A stretch of 64,000 bases of DNA from Octopus vulgaris (Eukaryota): assembly GCA_951406725.2 (NCBI GenBank), contig OX597817.1, positions 157,914,001 through 157,978,000 on the forward strand. The letters are read 5' to 3'. The number at the start of each line of letters is the position of its first letter. Positions within the stretch are counted from its first letter, which is position 1. The notes beneath the pieces were generated by a model, which saw only the letters and a program-made list of their open reading frames with translations, made no database searches and was not told the DNA's origin. Shown here piece after piece: positions 12,800-23,811 of this stretch. A program made the translations under genes and the position numbers.

Positions 12800-14200
12800 T
12801 ATACTGAGCATTTCCTGCATCTCACTAAACTCCAAGCATTGTTTTTAACAGAGAAACTGAATCCTGTGCCATTGATTGTTTATTGACCTCAAGCCAGTTC
12901 TGTCAGATTCTTCTGGCCTAGTCAGTTCAACTTGATTGATCATTTCATTAGTATGTACCAACTTGATGTAATCTCTGATTTCTACAAGCAATTGGGATAC
13001 ATGAACATCTTCCCAATGGAGCTCTTTGCACCCTACCAACACTGCAACATTGTTGTCAAACTTACTGAAAATGGTGGTTCTGTTGTATGGCAAGCTGACA
13101 GCTACAGGATCTTTTCTATCTCAGTCTACACAATGTGTCTCTACTACTATCACCATGACCGACCAGGCTATCAGATGATGCTACACATCGCTGGTCACAA
13201 TGCACTTCGCATTGTTTTAGCCTTCAAATAACGCCACCCCACTGGGTAAGCGAGCAGGCCAACAGAAGAAAGAGTGAGAGAAAGTTGTGGCGAAAGAGTA
13301 CAGCAGGGATCACCACCACCACCTGCCAGAGCCGCATAGAGCTTTAGGTGTTTTCGTTCAATAAACACTCACAACGCCCAGTCTGGGAATTGAAACCGCG
13401 AGTCCGCTGCCATAACCACTGGGCCATTGCGCCTCCACCTCTACTACTATACAGCAGCTTATCTCATTCTATTCACACACTATCAACTTTTACCAGTAAA
13501 TCCAGCTGCACCATTGTTTCCATTTGTAACCCCCCCCACTGAATTCATCACTAGATACCTTCACAAACTCTGTCCCTTTTGGTTGCAGCTCTCATCCCAC
13601 ATCCATGACACCAAACAGGTCCTTTGTTTCAACTTCTCTCTCACTCTTTTTCCCTTCCAAATTCTTTGTAGCATGAGCATTAAATCTCTTTATAGTTATT
13701 CCCCATGACAAGTCTCCTCACCCTCAAATTCTTTCTGGACCTGATAAGAGGTTACTCCCAAACCATTGTTGATGTTACCCATCACTGAGTTCAAGTCATT
13801 CAATGCCCTCCCTCACCTCCTGTCCTGCACAACACATTTTTTTCTCCTTCTCTTTGCCAAATGGCATCTTCAATGCACCAACTTTCATAATTTCTACTTT
13901 CTCCAATCTGATCTAGTTACAGCTCCCATTTTTCCTGAACCATAATGTCCTTCAGATGTGACCATAAGCCAAGAACCTTTGGTTAAAGTTCCCTCACCCT
14001 TTTCATTACACCTAACCTAAAACATGTACCTTGTTCTTTCTCCCATTGTATTTCTTGTACCCTCATTTTTAACAAATCCATATCAACTTTGTACAGTCTT
14101 ACACCTGTGAAAATGACTGATACTTGACAGATCACTTACATGGCCAGATCTGCTCAGATGCAAATATGACCACGAAAGTCAGTAACCCAGCACCTTAACC
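12800..14200 (-). mobile_element. Highly decayed RTE-like LINE relic interrupted by a SINE
   Basis: Weak remnants such as GLEVNK (~12890) and a GVMKRVREL-like endonuclease segment (~14000). Purine-rich minus strand. Confidence 0.4.
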
Positions 14201-14620
14201 TCATATTCTTTGTACTTGTAATGACATAAAGAAGTATAACTAAACTTGAAAATAACTGCATGGCTGAAGCATTTGCCAAGGAGGAATTACAACCATGTTT
14301 CGTAGTCTGCTACCACAACAGCTTCTTTATAGGATCCAGTTAGCTCCAGACATCATCAGGAGGAACCATGTCTGGTTTCGGCCCTTACTCCTCTACCGTT
14401 TTGACGTGGCAGGCCCCCCACTTTCGGAGGTGTCTTCAGTTCTGGTGTTGGGTGCATGTCTTCTTTCTTCTGTTCCCTGGCCTCTTCGGTGTAGCAATTA
14501 AAGATTATAGAAAAGTAATTTCGTATGAGTATGAGTATTTCAAGTTATGTATATCATTAATAATATATCTATGTAAGTTAATGCAACTATATTTCATCTG
14601 ATTTACATTTCTCTTTCCAG

Positions 14621-14697
14621 ATTATGCTTATCCATATATTTTGATAGTGCTGTCTCTAGCAACACATGCAACACACCTTGCACATTGTGAAGAGCAG
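14621..14697 (+). CDS. JKAMP: JKAMP coding exon 5 (YYAYPYILIVLSLATHATHLAHCEEQ)
   Basis: ttccag acceptor and GTAAGA donor, 77 nt. YYAxPYIxxVLSL motif. Confidence 0.93.
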
Positions 14698-15622
14698 GTA
14701 AGATAGTTTTGTGCATAACTGCATTCTATTTTAATTTGTTTATGAAGAAGGGCATTTGGCGTTAGGAAGGACGTTTGGCGTTAGGAAGGGCATCCAGCTG
14801 TAGAAACTCAGCCAGATCGAGATTGGAGCCTGGTGCAGCGATCTGGTTTGCCAGCCCTCAGTCAAAATCGTCCAACCCATGCTAGCATAGAAAGCGGACG
14901 TTAAATGATGATGATGATGATGTACTAGAGCAACTTGAAAAAGTTTAGGGGTCACCTGAACATCTCATCACTGTTATTTATCTCTTTTCACTTCCTACAG
15001 ATCATTCTCACCTTCTCTTCTGAATGCGAGTAGCCATGTAGCTCCTCTACAACAAGAACCTGCTCTCCCTCCTCACACCCCTGCCCTTCTCTCATACTTC
15101 AGCCCATCATCTCCTTGCATAGAGCCAGCCTCTATTCCCACAGAGTTCATAGACGTACAAGCTGCCTGATGACCTCACTAGTGCTGGTGTCATGAAAACA
15201 AAAAGCACCCAGTACACTCTGTAATGTCGTTGATATTAGGAAGGGCACTCAGCCATAAGAACTATATCAAAGCAAACACTGGAGCTTGATCCAGCCCTTC
15301 GACCCATCAGATCATTCAAACCACTCAATCCATGCCAGCATCGAACATGGTTATTAAATGATGATGATGATGTTTCTTAATTTATTGACTCTGGAAGCTA
15401 TAGCTAGCAGAACTAGCTTTGACGTTATTTCTAGTTGAAGCAAGGTGGTGAGCTGGTAGAATCGTTGTTGTACCTGGATTTCAAAGGGCCTACGCTGAAT
15501 CTCCCCGAGAACTACCTTAAGGGTATGCATGTCTATGGAGTGCTCAGCCACTTGCACATTAATTTCACGTACAGTTGATTGGACCAACTGGAACCCTCAT
15601 CATCATAACTGATGGAGTGCCA

Positions 15623-15656
<34 letters not shown>

Positions 15657-16171
15657 ATACATATACAATGGGCTTCTCTCAGTTTCTATCTAACAAATCC
15701 ACTCAAAAGGGTTTTGTCAGCTTTTTATGATTTTTGTTGCTGCTATCTACTTATGAAATTAAAATACTGTTTCTGTTAGCTAATTCAAACTGTTCAGCTG
15801 TATATAGGCATAAGAAGAAGGTACAACTCAGTGGGGACACTCCATAACATGTAATTTGCCACTTTACATTGCTGAACACAGATCTCTTCATAGTCTCTTG
15901 CAGAGAAAATGATACACTAATTGCTTTATTCAATACCCAAATTTCCTCACCCTTTCCGGCAATTCCTCTGAGATCACTTTTGAAAACATAATGCCAGGTG
16001 ATCTGGTTACCTTGTGAAAGTGTATATTTTATATCTGATTTAAAAATTAATAAAGATTGTTTCAAATTTTTCAGTTTTAGGCTGAATTTTAGGAAATCTT
16101 TTCAAATTTCAGTTAATTGAAATTTGAATTAATTACCAATAGGAAAAAAATGTTTTAGCTATTCATATTAT

Positions 16172-16488
16172 TACTTACTCAAGCCCTTTGCTCCCTATGA
16201 AGCATAGGCTATCAATGACTTTCTTCTACTGTTCTTAACTCTGGACTCTCCCAGGCCTTGTTGGTTTTGGATTCTCATTGATGTTTCTCTAACTTTGCTT
16301 TTCTTTCCTCTACATTGAGGTCTTCACTCTATGCAAACCCATTTTTACCTCTGGGAAGAGGTGGTCCATATTAGTCTTGCCTCTATCCTTTGACCTGTCC
16401 AGTATGGGAGACCTTACCAGGAGCTTGCATTCTGCTGGCATCCCTCTCAGACTTATTGAGGCATACAAGCCACCACACTGCAACAAGG
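16172..16488 (-). mobile_element. Bipartite non-autonomous RTE derivative (RTE 5' end joined to RTE 3' tail)
   Basis: Starts CCTTGTTGCAGTGTGGTGGCTTG...CTCCTGGTAAGGTCTCCCATACTGGACAGGTCAAAG and ends GCCTATGCTTCATAGGGAG...AGTAAGTAA. Confidence 0.65.
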
Positions 16489-16679
16489 ATTGGACTTTGT
16501 CATGGAATTCATATTATACATGTTGTCATTTTGATTAAATTGCAGTGTTAATTTGAATTTAAATTTCAGTTTTGAAAAAAAAAAATATTCAAATTATTTT
16601 CTTCCCTATTTGTGCTTCCAACCTTAGAAAACTCATTTTTACCAATTTTAAACCCCAAAATCTAATTTTTATTTTTTAA

Positions 16680-16901
16680 CCCTTTAGCATTTAAACCAGC
16701 CAAATCCAGCCAAAATATTCTCCCTGTATTATGCTCAAACTGACCAGATCCTACCTTTCTAAACTAATCTAACAATGTCATTCTAAGAATAAAACAATCA
16801 CATCACTGAAATCTTGAAGCTATGAGATAATCCCTGATTAATTCAAAACAATATAAATAAATAAGTATAACATTTGCCAGAGTAATCTGAGTGCTAAAGG
16901 G
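16680..16901. mobile_element. Second TTAA-flanked MITE family. Copies at ~48717-48936, 27270-27460, 30135-30325 and 59225-59435
   Basis: TTAA-CCCTTTAGCA...TGCTAAAGGG-TTAA. Confidence 0.8.
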
Positions 16902-17358
16902 TTAATCATCATTGTTTAACGTCCACTTTCCATGCTAGCATGGGTTGGACGATTTGACTGAGGGCTGGCGAACCAGATGGCTGCACCAGGCTCCAATCTT
17001 GATCTGGCAGAGTTTCTACAGCTGGATGCCCTTCCTAACGCCAACCACTCTGTGAGTGTAGCGGGTGCTTTTATGTGCCACCGGCACGAGGGCCAGTCAG
17101 GCAGTACTGGCAACGGCCACGGCCAAATGGTGTTTTTTTTTTTTTTACGTGCCAGTAAGGTGATGCTGGTAACGATCACACTTGAATGGTGCTTTTTACG
17201 TGTCGGTGGCATGTAAAATTTGAATAAATATTAATAAATTTGAATGAATATGAAATGAAATTCCCAACCTTGTACACTTGTATATGACCCCTGAATAACA
17301 AGTTTACTTTATCAGTACATTGTTATTTATTTCTCTTCGTGTTTCTTTCTATTTTCAG

Positions 17359-17583
17359 ACAGTTTTAGGATTACTCAAAGAGAATTTCACCAAATTGAAC
17401 AATTTAGTAGTAATTATTGGACATTGGCTCTTGCATGCTTATGGAATCATTGCCATTACTCAGCTGAAGAAACCAGAAATTCATGCCTCATGTTTGATTC
17501 TTACTATACTTCCAACATTGTTTTATATAGTCACATCTAAATTCTCTGATCCAGTTTTCATTAACCAAACTTTCAGCATCTAA
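17359..17583 (+). CDS. JKAMP: JKAMP last coding exon (TVLGLLKENF...GHWLLHAYGIIAIT...LFYIVTSKFSDP...FSI*)
   Basis: tttcag acceptor, TAA at 17581-17583, HWLLHAYGI motif. The six exons sum to 906 nt, giving 301 aa plus stop. Confidence 0.95.
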   Translation, partial: TVLGLLKENFTKLNNLVVIIGHWLLHAYGIIAITQLKKPEIHASCLILTILPTLFYIVTSKFSDPVFINQTFSI

Positions 17584-19279
17584 TAATTTACATGCGATAA
17601 ATTTGTTAGATTTTTCTCTCTTTTTTTTTTAATTTTATTTTCTTTGTTTCACCGTGTGCATGGGTGCCTGAGTGTGTGTTTAATTTAAGGAATTTCATGT
17701 GATATTATATTGATGTTACTATTTTGATAAAGAAACAGATTATATTACCTTGTTTTTTGGTTTAGTTCAATGGAGACTGACTGTCTCATTTATCTCTTTG
17801 TGTGGGTGTGTGGATAAGAAACTTGCTTCTCGACCACAAGGTTCTGGGTTCAGTCCCACTTTGTGGCACCTTCTACCAAAGCCTTGTAAGTAGATTTGAG
17901 AGAGAGAAACTGAAGGAAGCTTGTATGTATACTCTTTTACTTGTTTCAGTCATTTGACTGTGGCCATGCTGGAGTACCGCCTTTAGTTGAGCAAATCGAC
18001 TCCAGGACTTATTCTTTGTAAGCCTAGTACTTATTCTATCAGTCTCTTTTGCCGAACCGCTAAGTTATGGGGACGTAAACACACCAGCATCGGTTGTCAA
18101 GCGATGTTGGGGGATAAATGATGATGATGACGACAGGCTTCTTTCAGTTTCTGTCTACCAAATCCACTCACAAGGCTTTCTTCGGCCCATGGCTATAGTA
18201 GAAGACACTTGCCCAGGGTGCCACGCAGTAGGACTGAACCCGGAATCATGTGGTTGGTAAGCAAACTAATTACCACACAGCCACTTCTACGCCGATATGT
18301 ATGTGTTATATATATATATATACCCACCACCACTTGACAACAAGTGTTGGTGTGTTTACATCCCCATTACTTAGCATTTCAGCAAAAGAGACCGATGAAA
18401 TAAGTACAAGGCTTTAAAAAATAAATACTGAGTCAATTCAATCAACTAAAAATTCTTCAAGGTGGTGCACCAGTATGGCCACAGTCTGACTGAAACATGT
18501 AAAAGATAAAAGGGGTGTGTGTATGCCCTTGGTTGACATCACATGATGGTTATAAATGAGCATCACTGTCATATAAGCAATGTTTGTCTCCAGACTTCAG
18601 TGGAAATCACATTTTGCCATGGGGGAAATATTACCTTGCTTGGAAACAAGGGTTGGTGCCAGGAAGAGCATCTAGTCATAGAAAATCTGCCTTAATGAAT
18701 TGTGTCTGATCCAAAACATCCAGACAGCTAGATGATACAAAAAAGGGGCAACAAAACATCGAGACAGATGATACAAAAAAGGGACAAGAAAAAACACGGA
18801 TGGGTGATTCGAAGTTTTCTTTCCTCAGTCAAGTACCAGATTATCTTCGCAATTTCAGCTGATTATACTCGAGATTGCTCCAATCTGGCCAGTCCCAAGG
18901 AAAAACTAAGCTAAGAGCATTAGATTCTTTGGAAGAAAGCAGTGAAGGTATACAAAAACAAGGACAGAAAAAAAAAGGACAATGTTACACAAATACAGTA
19001 AAAATAATAGCAGGACATAACAACAGGTGTCTTTCGACTAAGGACGAATTAAATTAAGCTGGCGTGTGTGGAAATAAAGACTTAGAGCAGGGATACAAGA
19101 TTTCACAGACACAGGGAGGAATATCGATGTTGCATATATATATATATATATATACAGAGAGAGAGATTCAGATGAATATGGTACTTAAGTTTAGGTACCA
19201 GAATTTAGTATGGTATTATCCATACAATTTAAAATAAGGTGATTATAATCAAAATAAGCAACAAGGATATCCAGAGGTA

Positions 19280-19368
19280 ATGCAGTATGATCGTTTCATG
19301 CGACTCTATTTAATTGAATAATGCAACCGTTACATAAATTTAAAATGTAGAGCAATCTTCAGCTGCAC
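19280..19368 (-). ncRNA. Type I hammerhead ribozyme motif, Penelope-like style
   Basis: Stem I GTGCAG/CTGCAT, core CTGAAGA, long stem II (GCTCTA/TAGAGT), GAAA, near-palindromic stem III ACGATCAT, cleavage triplet AUA. Confidence 0.7.
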
Positions 19369-19559
19369 AAAAAAAACATAGAATTTAATTAAATTTGAAG
19401 GAAACATTAGTATAATTTTCTTCAAAATTTCCAAGAGGAGAAGGAGATACAAAGAACAGGTTTTACCAACAATATCAGTTGTAACTGAAATTTTTTTTTA
19501 AAAATGACACTGCTTTTCACTGATTATTTCTGTTATTTAGTTTTGATTATTTTATTTTA

Positions 19560-19594
19560 TATGTGTGTATATATATATATATATATACACACAC

Positions 19595-19635
<41 letters not shown>

Positions 19636-19839
19636 CATATATATATATATATACACATATATATAGATATATATATACACACATATATATATAGATATAT
19701 ATACACACATATATATAGATATATATATATATACACACACACATATATATACAAAAACATATAGATATATATATACACATATATATATATATACACATAC
19801 ATATACATACATATACATATACATATACACACACACACA

Positions 19840-19870
<31 letters not shown>

Positions 19871-19906
19871 CTGTATATATAGATATATATATATATATAT
19901 ACATAT

Positions 19907-19953
<47 letters not shown>

Positions 19954-20036
19954 CACATATATATATATACATATACACACACATATATATATATACATAA
20001 ACACACACACACATATATATATATACATATATACAC

Positions 20037-20076
<40 letters not shown>

Positions 20077-20110
20077 ATATATATATATATATATACACAC
20101 ATACGTATAT
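19560..20110. repeat. Long (TA)n/(CA)n microsatellite
   Basis: Directly visible. Source of several spurious Y/I-rich ORFs. Confidence 0.97.
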
Positions 20111-21537
20111 CATCATCATCATCATCATCGTTTAACGTCCGCTTTCCATGCTAGCATGGGTTGGACGGTTCAACTGGGGTCTGGGAAGCCCGAAGGCTGC
20201 ACCAGGCCAGTCAGATGTGGCAGTGTTTCTACAGCTGGATGCCCTTCCTAACGCCAACCACTCCGAGAGTGTAGTGGGTGATTTTATGTGCCACCGACAC
20301 AGGTGCCAGACGAGGCTGGCAGACGGCCACGCTCGGATGGTGTTTTTTATGTGCCACCGACACAGGTGCCAGACGAGGCTGGCAGACGGCCACGCTCGGA
20401 TGGTGTTTTCTATGTAGTGCCACCGACACAGGTGCCAGACGAGGCTGGCAGACGGCCACGCTCGGATGGTGTTTTTTATGTGCCACCGACACAGGTGCCA
20501 GACGAGGCTGGCAGACGGCCACGCTCGGATAGTGTTTTTTATGTGCCACCGACACAGGTGCCAGACGAGGCTGGCAGACGGCCACGCTCGGATGGTGTTT
20601 TCTTATGTGTCACCGACACAGGTGCTAGACGAGGCTGGCGGACGGCCACGCTCGGATGGTGTTTGTTACGTGCCCTCAGCACGGAGGCCAGTCATTGCGG
20701 TACTGGCTACGGTCACGTTCGGATGGTTTTCTTATGTGCCACCGGCACTGGTACCACAAGGATACAAATTCCATTGATGTTCATCTATTTTGATTTGGTT
20801 CGATTTGATTTGATACGATTCGATTCTCACTTGCCTCAACAGGTCTTCACAAGTGTCACAAGAAGGAAGGTATGCACAGGTGGACTGACTACGTCCCAGG
20901 TAGGGGCCACGGATTATGGCTTCACTAGTCTTGCCGGGTCTTCTCACGCACAGCATACTTCCATAGGTCTCGGTCTCTAGTCATTTCCATGGTGAGACCT
21001 AACGTCCGAAGGTCGTGCTTCACCACCTCGTCCCAGGTTTTCCTGGGTCTACCTCTTCCACGGGTTCCCTCAACTGCTAGGGATTGGCACTTTCTCACAC
21101 ACCTCTCTTCATCCATTCTCGCCACATGACCATACCAGCGCAATCGTCTCTCTTGCACACAACAACTGATGCTTCTTAGGTACAACATTTCTCTCAAGGT
21201 ACTAACGCTCTGTCGAGTAAGTACACTGACATTACACATCCATCGGAGCATACTGGCTTCGTTCCTCACGAGCTTACGCATGTCCTCAGCAGTCACGGCC
21301 CATGTTTCACTGCCATGTAGCATAGCTGTTCGTACACATGCATCATACAGTCTGCCTTTTACTCTGAGCGAGAGGCCTTTAGTCACCAGCAGAGGTAAGA
21401 GCTCCCTAAACTTTGCCCAGGCTATTCTTATTCTAGCAGTTACACTTTCAGCGCACCCACCCCCACTACTGACTTGGTCACCTAGATAGCGGAAACTATC
21501 AACTACTTCTAGTTTTTCCCCCGGAAAGTGACAGAAG
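20110..21537 (-). mobile_element. 5'-truncated RTE-clade LINE: ORF2 C-terminus (20925 to ~21530), 3' UTR and (GAT)n tail
   Basis: [40 protein letters not shown] and [10 protein letters not shown] motifs. Sits between (TA)n tracts. Confidence 0.92.
20286..20750. repeat. ~63-bp tandem array (6 near-identical units, 1 diverged, 1 partial) in the RTE 3' UTR
   Basis: Unit ATGTGCCACCGACACAGGTGCCAGACGAGGCTGGCAGACGGCCACGCTCGGATGGTGTTTTTT starts at 20286, 20349, 20412, 20478, 20541 and 20605. Confidence 0.95.
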
Positions 21538-21538
21538 T

Positions 21539-21539
<1 letters not shown>

Positions 21540-21593
<54 letters not shown>

Positions 21594-21642
21594 TATATAC
21601 ACATATATATACATATATATACACATACATATATATACACAC

Positions 21643-21679
<37 letters not shown>

Positions 21680-21684
21680 CATAT

Positions 21685-21721
<37 letters not shown>

Positions 21722-21810
21722 CATATACACATATATATATATACACACACATATATATATATATATAGACATATATATATATACATATACACATATATAT
21801 ATATATATAT
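21540..21810. repeat. (TA)n/(CA)n microsatellite on the other flank of the RTE insertion
   Basis: Directly visible. Confidence 0.97.
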
Positions 21811-22631
21811 CTAAAATCCTTTAATGTCCATTCTCCGTGCTGGCATGGGATGGATATTTCTCTCCTCAGTATTAAAGGGGAAAATTATTTTTGATTGACT
21901 TAACTTGTTAAGGTATTCTTCCTTGTGTCTCAAATAGGTTTTTGTACTTGACAAGGAACCAACGGCATATTTTACAGCTTCTCAGCTACACAAGAGGCTT
22001 CACCTCTACCATCACTTCCTTCATTTCTCTCAGGTTTTTGTTTCAGTGAACCAGGGTGTGTCAAAGGTAATTCTCTAAAATGTTGCTTGTCCTGATAAAT
22101 TCACAAATATTATCAAGGTGACATGAAAATAACTGGTACAGGTGTGTCTGTGTGCTAAGTTGTTTGCTTCCCAATCACACTTTGGGGTTCAGTCCACTAT
22201 ATAGCACCTTGGGCGTCTTCTGTTATAGCCCTTGGTTGACTCAAACTTTGTGGGTGGATTTAGTAGATGGAAACTGAAAGAAGCCTAACTTGTGTGTGCA
22301 TATAAGATTGTGGTTTCGATTCCTGGACTGGGCGGCACATTGTGTTCTTGAGCATAACACTTCATTTCACGTTGCTCCAGTCCACTCAGCTGGTAAAAAT
22401 GAGTAACGCTGCGATGGACTGGTGTCCCATCCAGCTGGGGAACACACACGCCATAGAAACTGGGTAACTGGGCCTATGAGCCTGGCTAGGCTTTAAAAGG
22501 GCGCATTTATTTATTATATAAATGGAGAGAGAGAGAAATTATGAATTTAAAGCCGTGCTAGTGTTGTAAACATTATCAAATACACATATTCAATGGATGT
22601 GTTTTGCTTGTTTGCCAGTTTGCTGCTGTGG

Positions 22632-23015
22632 TGGAAGCACTCCGTCGGTTACGATGACGAGGGTTCCGGTTGATCCGATCAACGGAACAGCCTGCTCGTG
22701 AAATTAACGTGTAAGTGGCTGAGCACTCCACAGACACATGCACCCTTAACGTAGTTCTCGGGGATATTCAGCATGACACAGAGAGTGACAAGGCCGGCCC
22801 TTTGAAATACAGGTACAACAGAAACAGGAAGTAAGAGTGAGAGAAAGTTGTGGTGAAAGAGTACAGCAGGGATCACCACCATCCCCTGCCGGAGCCTCAT
22901 GGAGCTTTAGGTGTTTTCGCTCAATAAACACTCACAACGCCCGGTCTGGGAATCGAAACTGCGATCCTATCACCGCGAGTCCACTGCCCTAACCACTGGG
23001 CCATTGCGCCTCCAC
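22632..23015 (-). mobile_element. tRNA-derived SINE, family A, full length
   Basis: Reverse complement of the 23442-23811 copy, with A and B boxes. Confidence 0.9.
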
Positions 23016-23441
23016 TATTGCAAAATATATGGCAAATAGCCAGAGCAGTTATATCCCCATTTTTGCCCCACCACCACTGACTGAAATTTTTCACGAAATA
23101 TAATACATCATTGTTTTATGCTCCTGTTTTCATGGAGCGTTGGAATCAAAGGACACCACTTGCATGATAGTGGCACTCATTTACAAATATCACGTGAAGT
23201 CAAGGCAAGGAGATACTATTTGCACTTAGTCACAGACTAGTGATTCAGCTTGCTTCATGCACATGATGTTGATAAGCTGCAAAAAACAGTGAAATATTGG
23301 TATCCATTACTCCTGGAAGGGACTGGAGGTGCGTCGTCTCGCCTGCCTATGATTGCAAAATACACCCAGTGCTATGAGGTAGTCATCCCCAGAGTACCAC
23401 AGCAGCAAGCCACTGGTTTTCCAGCCCCTCCCTATATATAT

Positions 23442-23811
23442 GTGGAGGCGCAATGGCCCAGTGGTTAGGGCAGCGGACTCGCGGTTTCGATTCCCAGACC
23501 GGCCGTTGTGAGTGTTTATTGAGCGAAAACACCTAAAGCTCCATGAGGCTCCGGCAGGGGATGGTGGTGATCCCTGCTGTACTCTTTCACCACAACTTTC
23601 TCTCACTCTTACTTCCTGTTTCTGTTGTACCTGTATTTCAAAGGGCCGGCCTTGTCACTCTCTGTGTCACGCTGAATATCCCCGAGAACTACGTTAAGGG
23701 TACACGTGTCTGTGGAGTGCTCAGCCACTTACACGTTAATTTCACGAGCAGGCTGTTCCGTTGATCGGATCAACCAGAACCCTCGTCGTCGTAACCGACG
23801 GAGTGCTTCCA
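23442..23811 (+). mobile_element. tRNA-derived SINE, family A. Related heads at ~7945-8238, 13140-13437 and 60575-60865 (-)
   Basis: GTGGAGGCGCAATGGCCCAGTGGTTAGGGCAGCGGACTC...GTTTCGATTCC head. Confidence 0.9.

Noticed and set aside
19504-20154. Long Y/I/C-rich ORFs (also 2824-3225, 21499-21824, 512-797)
   Set aside because: They are translations of stop-free microsatellites.
20286-20750. CRISPR-like regular array
   Set aside because: Units are contiguous with no unique spacers, lie inside a LINE 3' UTR in animal DNA, and there are no cas genes.
21538-21794. N-terminal third of the 289-aa ORF 20925-21794
   Set aside because: It is (TA)n read-through. Only ~20925-21530 is RTE ORF2.
23442-23505. 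tRNA gene
   Set aside because: A and B boxes continue into a multi-copy SINE body and no full cloverleaf forms.
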